Shown here: positions 1 to 9,920 of the stretch, one piece after another
Layout: every line of letters begins with the position of its first letter
How positions within the stretch are numbered: the first letter of the stretch is position 1
Assembly: GCA_965204375.1 (NCBI GenBank)
Contig: OZ241986.1
Span: 192,001 to 256,000 of the forward strand
Origin: Candidatus Latescibacterota bacterium
Lineage (GTDB): Bacteria > Latescibacterota > UBA2968
DNA length: 64,000 nt
Reading direction: 5' to 3'
Program-made: the position numbers and the translations under genes
Notes under the pieces: generated by a model
The model's database searches: none
What the model was told of the DNA's origin: nothing
The model's input: the letters and a program-made list of their open reading frames with translations, nothing else

Positions 1-596
1 TCGGGAAAGGAAACCCATAAGGCAAAGGGCTGGTCCCGATGCTTTTCGATAAAGCGCGTCGTCTGTCCAGCGATCAGGCCAGTGGAGTGATCTTCCAATG
101 GCAATTCGGAGGTGCCGTAGCTGAAGCGGGGGTTCTGGTGGGCGAGTTGGCGATGTGCGGCGGCGACCTTGCGGCGACCCTCTGCAGGTCGGAACCAGTC
201 CATGCCATGCGTCTCCTCGCCGCGACCGCCGTGGGTAAAGGGGTTCCACACGTCGAAGAGTGCCAAATCTTCCTCCCGTTGGAAGCAGTGGTTTTTGCCG
301 ATCAGGCCCGTGGCGTAGCCCGCCGCTTTCCAGAGTTGCCAGGCGTGTTCGGCACCGGCTGGCATCAAGGTCTGGTTGCGTCGGCCTCCGTGCGAGTGGG
401 GAAACTGCGAGGTCCAAAATGAGATGCGCGCTGGCACGCAGAGCGGGTGCGGAGTGATGGCGTTTTCAAAGAGCACGCCGTCGGCGGCCAGGCGTTCCAT
501 CGACGGGGTTTGGCAAAAGGTGTTGCCGTAGAGGTGGCTGGCTGTGGCGCGCTGCTGGTCGGTCATGATTACCAGGATGTTGGGGCGGTCAGTCAT
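1..596 (-). CDS. Sulfatase family protein (5' part; runs off the window start)
   Basis: Not in ORF track. Manual reverse translation from ATG at 596 gives MTDRPNILVIMTDQQRA...TPSMERLAADGVLFENAITPHPLCVPARISFWT...GYATGLIGKNH, with the CxPxR formylglycine motif and GKxH. Confidence 0.9.
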   Translation of the reverse strand, partial: MTDRPNILVIMTDQQRATASHLYGNTFCQTPSMERLAADGVLFENAITPHPLCVPARISFWTSQFPHSHGGRRNQTLMPAGAEHAWQLWKAAGYATGLIGKNHCFQREEDLALFDVWNPFTHGGRGEETHGMDWFRPAEGRRKVAAAHRQLAHQNPRFSYGTSELPLEDHSTGLIAGQTTRFIEKHRDQPFALWVSFP

Positions 597-615
597 GGTG
601 TTCTGCCTCGTTTTT

Positions 616-1878
616 TTATGCGGCTGCCGACATGGCTTTGCTCAATATTTCCGATGTGCTCGGGCGCATGATTCGGGGATCGACTTGATCGCCGTTGCTG
701 AGTGTGTCGCGCACTTGAGAGCCGGAAATAAAGACCGGTTGTTCATCGGGGTGATTTTCCATCAAATCCACGCGTCCAAGTGATTCGTAATAGGCGGCAA
801 ATCCAACGTTCACGGGCTGAATTTGGAGGTCGCCATTCAGGTGCTCAAAAATTTCCTGTGCGTCGAAGTCCCCCCAGATCGCGCTGCCGTCGTGATAGGG
901 GGCATCGGCGTGTTTGCGGCCGATAATGATGTCGGTAAATCCAAAGTTCTGGCGATAAATGGCGTGCATGACGGCTTCTTTGGGTCCGGCGTAAAACATT
1001 TTGATGTCCAGCCCGAGCAAGATGACCCTGTCCGGTACAGATTCTCCGCGTTTTTTCCAAAGTTCCACATCGCTATCCCCTTCGCCCAGTCCTCGAGATG
1101 CGATGAGTGCTTCGTAAGTTTGCATGCGAATTTCTGCACGCACGTCGTCCGATTTGGTTTCGCCCACGAGGGGATTTAAGCACGCGCCTGCGTTGTGTCC
1201 CTGGCGCAGGAGGGTTTCCAAACCATATACCAGTGCGTATTCGTGTGCCCGATGCAGGGCATTGCGCGTTTGAAATGCCACAACGCGGTTCCAGCCTTTT
1301 TGTGTCAGGAGAGGTCTGACTTCTCGCGGGCTGAGGACGTATTGTCCGAAATGTGGATTTTTGGGTTGGGGTAGTACTTGTATTTCACCGCCTATGAGAT
1401 GGGTTTTATCGGCATCGCCATTCAGGACCATATCGGCGCCGGGGTGGTCTGTGCGGTCCGTTAAATATACGCGCTGGAGATATTTGGTTTTGTCCCATTC
1501 AAAGATGTCGCTGATGTCCAGTACCGCCACAATTTCGCCAGATGTGTTTTCCAGCGCGACTTTCTGCCCAATCGAAAGGGTTTTGGCAACATCTGAACTC
1601 ACGGGTAATGATATTGGGATCGTCCAGGCATAGTGCTTGCCAGCCACTTCGATGACGGATTCGTCGAGTACCCGGTGATATGTTTGTGCGTCCATTGGTC
1701 CTGTGAGCGGACTCAATCCGCCGTCGCCAAAACGATAGACCGAGGATAGATCTGCATCGCTGACCGGGACGCGCGTCAGCCCGTTTGCTTTGGACAAAAA
1801 TGTTTCGGCATCTGCTACCATGCGATTGACCGGTTCGGATAGACCTCCGTGGGGTGCAATCAGGGGTGTATCGGACAT
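616..1878 (-). CDS. sat: Sulfate adenylyltransferase (ATP sulfurylase)
   Basis: [14 protein letters not shown] motif, [36 protein letters not shown]. Confidence 0.95.
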   Translation of the reverse strand: MSDTPLIAPHGGLSEPVNRMVADAETFLSKANGLTRVPVSDADLSSVYRFGDGGLSPLTGPMDAQTYHRVLDESVIEVAGKHYAWTIPISLPVSSDVAKTLSIGQKVALENTSGEIVAVLDISDIFEWDKTKYLQRVYLTDRTDHPGADMVLNGDADKTHLIGGEIQVLPQPKNPHFGQYVLSPREVRPLLTQKGWNRVVAFQTRNALHRAHEYALVYGLETLLRQGHNAGACLNPLVGETKSDDVRAEIRMQTYEALIASRGLGEGDSDVELWKKRGESVPDRVILLGLDIKMFYAGPKEAVMHAIYRQNFGFTDIIIGRKHADAPYHDGSAIWGDFDAQEIFEHLNGDLQIQPVNVGFAAYYESLGRVDLMENHPDEQPVFISGSQVRDTLSNGDQVDPRIMRPSTSEILSKAMSAAA

Positions 1879-1929
1879 TTGGGTAAACCTCCAGTGTTGT
1901 TTTTGATATTCTTGATTTACTAAGTCATC

Positions 1930-1957
1930 AATATATCGGTGGCCTACTTTCTGTCAA
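1930..1957 (-). promoter_or_regulatory. Putative sigma70 promoter of sat-sulfatase
   Basis: Minus strand TTGACA-16 bp-TATATT upstream of sat. Confidence 0.5.
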
Positions 1958-1987
1958 GAAATAAAGCGGTTTTGAGCCTCTGCTGCT

Positions 1988-3043
1988 TCAACGCAGTTCA
2001 TCCCATTTGAATTCCAGGCGGATGAGATCCGGGGGTGATTCTCGGTGGTGGAGGGATTTATAGGTTATGACGTTGAAATACACTTTTTTGGCGCGCGTTG
2101 TGAAATAAGGCGTCGCATAATACCCATCGGGTACAATCGCGCCTTCGTAATTGTCCAGTATGGCATAGGAGAGGATGTCGAGTGATTCGGGATCGAATTT
2201 GAATAGACACAGTTTCATGCCGCGTATCGATTCCATGTAATTTCGACCGATGAAGTAGTAGCCGCCATCTCGCTCGAAAAGTCGCGGTCTGCCTATCTGG
2301 GCGCGTATGAAGTTGTAGGTTTGTGTCAGGTTCACTTCTCTGATTAAGCGGAACGATCCATCGGTAAAATGCATTCGCTGGATGCCGTCCAGTCCCCGCG
2401 TGTTGAAGATGTATCCGTCTTCATATCGCAGGAAGGATGTTTCATTGATGGGGGCATTGCCAAAGGCTTTTGTGAGGTTTGTCACAAATTGCCAACTTTT
2501 TCCGTTGTCATCTGATCGAATCACATCCACGTTTGGACTGTTATTTCGATAATGCCGGTAGGGCGTCAGGAGCATATAGGTCGTTTCGCCCTCTGTCAGA
2601 GATTCAAAGGCATAGACATATTCCGTGCCGTTGATGGAGCCGAGTTTTTCCCCGCCTTCAAAATGCACGCCATTATCCGAAGACCGATATGCAAGTAGCC
2701 CGAATTTGTCTTTTGAATTTGGGAAATGCGGATCTACGTACAGGCTAATATCGCCATTGGCAAAGCGGACAAATTCTCCGTTCTGGATCGTGAATCCATC
2801 CAGATGTGCGACAATTTTCCGATCTGAAATTGTCTCCGTGGTGGGGTTGTAGCGAAACATCTCCCAGTCAGCGGCTGGTTCTGTGTTGTGCCGAGTGCCG
2901 CGTTTGTAGGCGATCAGGACATTGTGTTCGTCCAGAAACAAGAGGTGAGGCGCTTTCACATAGGGCAGTGTTTTTTGTTCTGCTGCCCGTATCAGGATTT
3001 CCTGGGTTTTGTAATGAGGTAGAATGGGGATATGAGCGTTCAT
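1988..3043 (-). CDS. BNR/Asp-box repeat (sialidase-like beta-propeller) protein
   Basis: Asp-boxes RSSDNG and RSDDNGKSW; no obvious signal peptide. Confidence 0.65.
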   Translation of the reverse strand: MNAHIPILPHYKTQEILIRAAEQKTLPYVKAPHLLFLDEHNVLIAYKRGTRHNTEPAADWEMFRYNPTTETISDRKIVAHLDGFTIQNGEFVRFANGDISLYVDPHFPNSKDKFGLLAYRSSDNGVHFEGGEKLGSINGTEYVYAFESLTEGETTYMLLTPYRHYRNNSPNVDVIRSDDNGKSWQFVTNLTKAFGNAPINETSFLRYEDGYIFNTRGLDGIQRMHFTDGSFRLIREVNLTQTYNFIRAQIGRPRLFERDGGYYFIGRNYMESIRGMKLCLFKFDPESLDILSYAILDNYEGAIVPDGYYATPYFTTRAKKVYFNVITYKSLHHRESPPDLIRLEFKWDELR

Positions 3044-3052
3044 AATATTTTT

Positions 3053-3682
3053 CTACTGACAATTGTCGCCTGCAAAAAAGGGTATGCCTTGAAGCCATGT
3101 CTGAAAGTCGGCATTGAGCGGCGCGCATAGCTCCGTGTCTTGAAAGATGAATTCTTTCAGGTTCGCCAAGTTTGTCAGGCTCTGCGGAAGTGGACCTGTC
3201 AAGGTATTCTGGTCGAGATACAGTCCTGTCAGGTTGGACAGGTTGCTCAATTCAGAGGGGACGGATCCGTTCAACGCATTTCCGGAAAGATACAGGTCCG
3301 TGAGGTTGGTCAGATTGCCCAATTCGGATGGGATCGGGCCATGCAACTGATTGTTGGAAAGATTCAGTGTTTTGAGGTCGGACAGGTTGCCCAATGCTCC
3401 AGGAAGCGCGCCTGTCAGGTTATTGTTGGCGAGGTCCAGGGAGATGATCCGTTCGTTAGAGATTGTGACGCCATGCCAGGTCGAGAGGCCGCTGTCGCTC
3501 AGCCAATTTGTCTTGTTCGTCCAGTTTGCTCCGTTGGTGGCATTGTACAGGGCCACCAGTACATCGTGGTCTGCCGCCAGTGATTGTTCTGGTCCTGTGC
3601 TGTTGTTTTTACAACTGAAAAGGAGAAATACCAGCATAATGTAAATGGGGAATGGTCGCATTATGCTATCCTTAGCTGTCAA
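3053..3682 (-). CDS. Leucine-rich repeat lipoprotein (plant-receptor-like LRRs)
   Basis: Lipobox LFSC; LVALYNATNGANWTNKTNWLS cap; 24-aa repeats LxLxxNxLxGxIPxELGNL. True start may be a few codons downstream (MRPFP). Confidence 0.9.
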   Translation of the reverse strand: MTAKDSIMRPFPIYIMLVFLLFSCKNNSTGPEQSLAADHDVLVALYNATNGANWTNKTNWLSDSGLSTWHGVTISNERIISLDLANNNLTGALPGALGNLSDLKTLNLSNNQLHGPIPSELGNLTNLTDLYLSGNALNGSVPSELSNLSNLTGLYLDQNTLTGPLPQSLTNLANLKEFIFQDTELCAPLNADFQTWLQGIPFFAGDNCQ

Positions 3683-3691
3683 TATATAAGA

Positions 3692-3723
3692 AAACAGGCA
3701 CTTAATGTGCGTAAGTGCCTGTT
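3692..3723 (-). terminator. Intrinsic terminator after tRNA-Lys
   Basis: AACAGGCACTTA/TAAGTGCCTGTT hairpin followed by a T-run on the minus strand. Confidence 0.7.
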
Positions 3724-3730
3724 CAGATTA

Positions 3731-3806
<76 letters not shown>

Positions 3807-3826
3807 GTTTTTTTCAGGTGATTGGA

Positions 3827-3855
3827 AATGTAAAGAAGCCTTTGCGCGATGTCAA
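3827..3855 (-). promoter_or_regulatory. sigma70 promoter for tRNA-Lys
   Basis: TTGACA-17 bp-TACATT on the minus strand, overlapping the moaC stop. Confidence 0.7.
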
Positions 3856-4325
3856 GTCTTGCGAATATAAGTTCCGCTGCGTCCACCGCTTTTTTGCAGG
3901 AGACAGATTTCCCCGATGATCATGTTGCGATCTACTGCTTTGCACATGTCGTAAATGGTCAACAAGGCGATGCTTACGGCGGTGAGCGCTTCCATTTCGA
4001 CACCTGTGCGATCGGGCACGCGCACAGTTGCACGCGCGATAATGCTCGCGTCCTCGACTTCAAAATTGAGTTCAACGCCCGTAATGCCCAGCGGATGACA
4101 CATTGGGATGAGGTCAGAGGTGCGTTTGGCTGCCATGATGCCCGCAATTCGCGCTGTTTCCAGCACATTGCCTTTGGAGATGTTTCCCCCGGTGATGAGT
4201 TGCAGGGTTTCGGGCTGCATTTCAATTTTGCCCGATGCGATCGCTTCGCGGTCTGTCACATCTTTATCTGTGACATCTACCATTTTTACGGATCCCTGTT
4301 CGTCAATATGTGTCAATTTTGCCAT
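3852..4325 (-). CDS. moaC: Cyclic pyranopterin monophosphate synthase MoaC
   Basis: [39 protein letters not shown]. Confidence 0.97.
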   Translation of the reverse strand: MAKLTHIDEQGSVKMVDVTDKDVTDREAIASGKIEMQPETLQLITGGNISKGNVLETARIAGIMAAKRTSDLIPMCHPLGITGVELNFEVEDASIIARATVRVPDRTGVEMEALTAVSIALLTIYDMCKAVDRNMIIGEICLLQKSGGRSGTYIRKT

Positions 4326-4331
4326 GATCTT

Positions 4332-5555
4332 TTACCAGCTATTTAATAAAATGAGATCTAATTCGGTTCCCGCAGGTACATGGGCATCTTCGGCATTGAC
4401 TACGAATAAGCTGTTTGCGCGGGCCATTGAGAACAGATCCGCCGAGCCATGGTGCCCAACCCAGGAGCTTTCCCAAATGCCGTTTTTGCCCTGAACACTG
4501 TGCGCGGGTACAAATTGCTTTCGTCCGGGTGTTTGTCGAAAGTCGGCGCTGAGTACTGTGCGGACCGTGGGGAGGTGCAGATCTGTCATGCACTGCATTT
4601 TTCTGATCGCAGGGCGCATGAGCAGTTCCAGGCCGACCACAGAGGATACCGGATTGCCGGGCAGTCCAAATACCTGTCGCGCACCTTTTACGCCAAATGT
4701 CAGGGGTTTGCCGGGTTTCATGCGGATGCGGTCAAATAGTACTTCGACGCCCAGATCTCGCATGCCGTCTTGTACCAGATCGTATTCGCCAGCGGAGACG
4801 CCGCCCGAAAGGGCGACGATATCACAGGTTTCCAGACCTTCGCCGATGGTTTGTATCAACGCCTGGATATCGTCTTCTACTATGCCGAGATAACGCGCCT
4901 GTGCCCCTGAGCGCAAGACTTGCGCTACCATTGAGTATCCATTGCTGTTTCGAATTTGTCCGGGTTTGGGTTTGTGGTGTGGTTCCACCACTTCGCTGCC
5001 GGTTGCCACAATGCCGACGACTGGCTGGCGATAGACCTCGACATGGACATGCCCCACAGCGGCGAGAATGCCAACTTCGGGGGGGCGTATGACTGTGTTG
5101 GCCTGTAATACGACCTGATTGACGCGCACATCTTCGCCGAGGCGAGCGATATTTCTGCCTGTTTCTGTGGTGTCGAGGACCCGCACTTTTTTGGGATCTG
5201 CGTGCGGTTCTGTGTCTTCGACCATAATTACCGTGTCTGCCCCATCGGGTACAGGTGCGCCTGTCATAATTTGAGAGGCTTGCCCGCATTCCACGCGCTT
5301 TTGCGGCACGGTGCCCGCTGGAATCTCTTCGATCACATCGAGTATGACAGGTTTATCTCCAGACGCGGATGCGATATCTGCGCCCTGAAGGGCATAACCA
5401 TCCATGAGGGCTTTGTCAAAGGGTGGCATGTCGATATCCGAATGCACGTCTTCGGATAAAACGCGCCCGAGCACATCGTCCAATCCAACGCGGATTTTGT
5501 CAATTTTCTGTGTGTTTTCCAGTACTATGCGAATGGCATCATCCATTTCAATCAT
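4332..5555 (-). CDS. moeA: Molybdopterin molybdenumtransferase MoeA
   Basis: PPFDKALMDGYA, IMTGAPVP, SGGVSAGEYD, KPGKP, GLPGNPVS. Confidence 0.96.
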   Translation of the reverse strand: MIEMDDAIRIVLENTQKIDKIRVGLDDVLGRVLSEDVHSDIDMPPFDKALMDGYALQGADIASASGDKPVILDVIEEIPAGTVPQKRVECGQASQIMTGAPVPDGADTVIMVEDTEPHADPKKVRVLDTTETGRNIARLGEDVRVNQVVLQANTVIRPPEVGILAAVGHVHVEVYRQPVVGIVATGSEVVEPHHKPKPGQIRNSNGYSMVAQVLRSGAQARYLGIVEDDIQALIQTIGEGLETCDIVALSGGVSAGEYDLVQDGMRDLGVEVLFDRIRMKPGKPLTFGVKGARQVFGLPGNPVSSVVGLELLMRPAIRKMQCMTDLHLPTVRTVLSADFRQTPGRKQFVPAHSVQGKNGIWESSWVGHHGSADLFSMARANSLFVVNAEDAHVPAGTELDLILLNSW

Positions 5556-5683
5556 AACTTTACTCCTTGTTTTATTTTCATTAATCGCGCATAATATACG
5601 TAAACTTGTCCGAAGTATCTGAGATTTTTTTGTATTTTTTATGGGAAAATCGCTATAGCGTGTATCTTAATACGAGGAGCAAT

Positions 5684-6403
5684 ATGTCCAAAACAGCAAT
5701 TATTACTGGCGCAGGCACCGGTATTGGTGCGAGTATTGCCATTGCATTTGCCGAAGCGGGCTATAATCTCGCGCTCGCGGGTCGGCGCATAGAACCGCTT
5801 GAAGAGATAGCGCGGCAATGTGGCTCTGATAATATCGAGATCTGTGCTACCGATGTTGCCGACCGGCAGGGGGTTCAAGAGCTTGCCAAACAAACGGTCG
5901 CGACATTTGGTCGCGTCGATATTTTAGTGAATAACGCGGGTATCAATAGTAAAAAACGCCACTTGATCGATATTGCGGATGAGGACTGGGATCGTGTTAT
6001 GGAGATCAATCTCACAGGTGCTTTTAATGCGTTTCGCGCTGTTTTGCCACAAATGAAAGTGCAAAATGACGGTCTGGTTATCAATATTTCATCTATGGCT
6101 GGCAAAAGAGCGGGTATGATCAGTGGTGTGGCTTATTGCGCGTCCAAATTTGGCATGGCCGCGCTGAATCAATCGATCAATGTCGAGTTTCGAGAGGAGG
6201 GCATTCGCGCCTGCTGTATTTATCCCGGCGAAGTCGATACTCCTATCTTAGACCACCGCCCCAATCCCGTTTCAGATGAAAAACGCGCAGCCGCTCTTTT
6301 GCCCGAAGACATTGCTGCCGCCGCACTTATGGTCGCCCAGATGCCAGACCGCGTCATTGTCGAAGAAATTACCATTTTTCCACGCCGCGTGGTTAGTAGA
6401 TAG
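5684..6403 (+). CDS. SDR family oxidoreductase
   Basis: TGAGTGIG, NNAG, YCASK; ATG at 5684 after GAGGAG RBS. Confidence 0.92.
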   Translation: MSKTAIITGAGTGIGASIAIAFAEAGYNLALAGRRIEPLEEIARQCGSDNIEICATDVADRQGVQELAKQTVATFGRVDILVNNAGINSKKRHLIDIADEDWDRVMEINLTGAFNAFRAVLPQMKVQNDGLVINISSMAGKRAGMISGVAYCASKFGMAALNQSINVEFREEGIRACCIYPGEVDTPILDHRPNPVSDEKRAAALLPEDIAAAALMVAQMPDRVIVEEITIFPRRVVSR

Positions 6404-6451
6404 TATATCAGTCCGCTTATGTGCGTGGGTTAGAATTAGTCAGGAAATAAA

Positions 6452-7993
6452 ATGAAAACAGAAATCATCATTAATGTCGCTTCACACGAGTCGCGAATTG
6501 CCATTCTCGAAGATGGTAAGCTCGCGGAAATTCTCGTTGAACGCGCTGAAAAAGAACGCATGGTTGGCGATATTTATCAGGGTGTTGTCACCGCTGTTTT
6601 GCCCGGCTTACAGGCCGGTTTTGTCGATATTGGGCAGGAAAAATCAGCCTTTTTACACGTCTCTGATATGCCTGGTTCGCCCGGCTCAATGGTCGAACTC
6701 GATTCGGAAATCCTCGACGACATCCGGGATCAGAGCAATGGGCAGGGCAAATTCTCTATTGATGAGCTTTTGCGCAAAGGCCAGGAAGTTATTGTACAGA
6801 TTAAAAAAGAGGCTATCAGTACAAAAGGACCGCGCATTACTGCCGTGCCATCGCTCGCCGGTCGGTTTATGGTGCTTGTACCTGATGGCGATAAAGTGGG
6901 TGTGTCGCGCAAAATTACCAATTGGCGTGAAAAGCGGCGTCTTCGGGATATCGGGGGCAATATCAAGCCCGAGGGCTTTGGGCTTATTGTGCGTACCGAA
7001 GCCCGTGGCAAGGGCGAGCGAGAACTCAGGCGGGACCTCAAGCAACTTTTGACAACGTGGAAACGACTTCAAAAACAGGGTAAGAAGAGCAGTGGCCCCC
7101 AATTGCTCCACAAAGAAATAGGCATGACGTCTGGTCTTATCCGCGATTTGTTTACGGAGGATGTTCACCGCCTGGTCATCGATTCGAAACGCGAATACAA
7201 GCAAATTCAGGCATATCTCAAAGGGGTTTCGCCCGAGTTGCGCCAGACCGTCGAATACTACGGTGATTCGCGACCGATTTTTGACGCTTTTGGCATTGAG
7301 GCTGAAATTGAAAAACTCACCGAACGCAAGGTCTGGTTCAAAGGCGGTGGTTATCTGGTTATTGATCCGACCGAAGCACTGGTTGCCATCGATGTCAACA
7401 GCGGGCGCAGCGTGGGCAAAGGGCGTGCCAAGCAGGATGAGACCGTGTTGAAGACCAATTTGGAGGCAGCCCGAGAAGTTGCTCGCCAGCTCCGTTTGCG
7501 CGATATGGGCGGGCTTGTGGTTGTCGATTTTATCGATATGGACCATGCGCGAGATCGCAAGCGCGTTGAAGATGAAATGCGTCAGGCTATTCGCCGCGAT
7601 CGGTCCAAGATCCGATATTCGCGGATTACGGCGTTTGGGCTGATGGAGATGACCCGCCAGCGGGTGCGTCCCAGTTTGATGTCCACTTATTCTACCCCCT
7701 GTCCGCAATGCCATGGTACGGGTTACATTCCGAGCCAGGAAACCGTGCTGTCGCGCATCGAACGCTGGCTCAAACGATCTCGCGCAGCCGCGCTCGAACG
7801 CCGTCTCACCGTGCAGGTTCACCCCACGCTCGGGTTTTATTTGCTCGAGAATCGCAGGGAGCGCCTCAAGGCCATTCGCAAATCTACCCGGGTTTGGCTC
7901 GATGTTGAATCGGCTCCGGATTTGCGCGAAGAAGATTATCGCGTTTTTTCTCGGAAGCGAAAGATCGATGTGACAAATGAAGTTCAAACTTGA
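6452..7993 (+). CDS. rng: Rne/Rng family ribonuclease (RNase G-size)
   Basis: S1 domain GDIYQGVV..LPGLQAGFVDIG, AIDVNSG, LRLRDMGGLVVVDFIDM, CPQCHGTG. Confidence 0.92.
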   Translation: MKTEIIINVASHESRIAILEDGKLAEILVERAEKERMVGDIYQGVVTAVLPGLQAGFVDIGQEKSAFLHVSDMPGSPGSMVELDSEILDDIRDQSNGQGKFSIDELLRKGQEVIVQIKKEAISTKGPRITAVPSLAGRFMVLVPDGDKVGVSRKITNWREKRRLRDIGGNIKPEGFGLIVRTEARGKGERELRRDLKQLLTTWKRLQKQGKKSSGPQLLHKEIGMTSGLIRDLFTEDVHRLVIDSKREYKQIQAYLKGVSPELRQTVEYYGDSRPIFDAFGIEAEIEKLTERKVWFKGGGYLVIDPTEALVAIDVNSGRSVGKGRAKQDETVLKTNLEAAREVARQLRLRDMGGLVVVDFIDMDHARDRKRVEDEMRQAIRRDRSKIRYSRITAFGLMEMTRQRVRPSLMSTYSTPCPQCHGTGYIPSQETVLSRIERWLKRSRAAALERRLTVQVHPTLGFYLLENRRERLKAIRKSTRVWLDVESAPDLREEDYRVFSRKRKIDVTNEVQT

Positions 7994-8018
7994 CATAAAG
8001 TACGACTTCGGATAGATT
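7990..8018 (+). promoter_or_regulatory. sigma70 promoter for rplU-rpmA
   Basis: TTGACA-17 bp-TAGATT overlapping the rng stop. Confidence 0.65.
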
Positions 8019-8132
8019 TAGCCCTCTTTGGATTTTCCGATCCACGCCGGGTCGGGAAGTTTGTTTGTAAATAAAAAGTGGGGGCTGGGGACTGGGCGTT
8101 GGGAACTGGAACAGTTTCTGGAGGTTTTGAGT

Positions 8133-8450
8133 ATGTATGCAGTGGTCGATATCGCTGGCAGCCAATACAAGGTGCAAGAGGGCGATCATATCCGCGTGGC
8201 CCGGCTCGATGCCGAGGAGGGGGATTCACTTACTTTTCCCCAGGTGTTGCTCGTAGGTGACAGCGATGAAATCAAAGTGGGTACGCCTCAAGTTGAAGGG
8301 GCTGCCGTCGAAGTGAGTGTTAAAGGGCATGGTCTCGCAGACAAAGTCATGGTTTTTAAGATGAAGCGCCGCAAAAATTATCGGCGCAAGAGAGGGCATC
8401 GGCAATCTTATACCGATCTTCAGGTTGAAAAAATTGTAGCGGAAAGCTAA
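8133..8450 (+). CDS. rplU: 50S ribosomal protein L21
   Basis: [14 protein letters not shown]...[20 protein letters not shown]; GGAGG RBS before ATG 8133. Confidence 0.97.
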   Translation: MYAVVDIAGSQYKVQEGDHIRVARLDAEEGDSLTFPQVLLVGDSDEIKVGTPQVEGAAVEVSVKGHGLADKVMVFKMKRRKNYRRKRGHRQSYTDLQVEKIVAES

Positions 8451-8467
8451 AATCAAGGAGGCTTTTC

Positions 8468-8719
8468 ATGGCACATAAAAAAGGTGTTGGCAGTTCGAGA
8501 AATGGCAGGGATAGTGCGGGAAGACGCCTGGGTGTGAAATCCCCTGGCGGCCAGGTTGTCTCTGCGGGAACAATTATTATGCGCCAGCGCGGAACAAAAA
8601 TCCACCCCGGCAATAATGTCAAGAAGGGTAAAGACGATACGTTGTATTCGGTCATCGATGGGCGCGTCAAGTTTGAGCATCTCGGTAAGAAGCGCAAGAA
8701 GGTGAGTGTTTACGCGTAG
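8468..8719 (+). CDS. rpmA: 50S ribosomal protein L27
   Basis: [24 protein letters not shown]. Confidence 0.98.
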   Translation: MAHKKGVGSSRNGRDSAGRRLGVKSPGGQVVSAGTIIMRQRGTKIHPGNNVKKGKDDTLYSVIDGRVKFEHLGKKRKKVSVYA

Positions 8720-8779
8720 GTGCGGGTTGAACTGGCCTGAGAGGCGGCCAGTTGTACCCCACTCGAAACCCGCACCCAC
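8716..8779. repeat. GTAG-type REP-like palindrome (family also at 38671-38831 and 43782-43837)
   Basis: GTAG-GTGCGGGTTGAACTGGCC...GGCCAGTTGTAC...AACCCGCAC nested hairpin; core near-identical in reverse complement to 38674-38710. Confidence 0.7.
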
Positions 8780-8818
8780 AGGTTTCAAATCCGTCCGTTA
8801 TCTATGTCAAGAGAATAA

Positions 8819-9748
<930 letters not shown>

Positions 9749-9844
9749 GAAATAGTAGGAGAGAATAGAATTGTCATTGCGGCATGGTTTTAGCCGCCAC
9801 GCCGTAGGCACAACGCCAGTAATCCAGGAAGTGGTTCTTTAGTC

Positions 9845-9890
9845 AGCCCGTTCAATCTCCCCAATAGAAGGGTAGTTGGACGGGCTTTTA
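9845..9890 (+). terminator. Hairpin with T-tail at the left edge of the defence island
   Basis: AGCCCGTTCAA...TTGGACGGGCT-TTT; same stem as the hairpin at 29044-29070. Confidence 0.5.
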
Positions 9891-9920
9891 TCTTATGTAA
9901 AAAACTGAGAGGGCAATCAA

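Noticed and set aside
39-783. Plus-strand ORFs at the window start
   Set aside because: Antisense to the sulfatase and sat genes, which have clear motifs.
6686-7996. Long antisense ORFs (e.g. 6686-7996, 10914-11966, 29962-31083, 31513-32607, 33178-34353)
   Set aside because: They shadow well-identified genes on the opposite strand and show no recognisable motifs.
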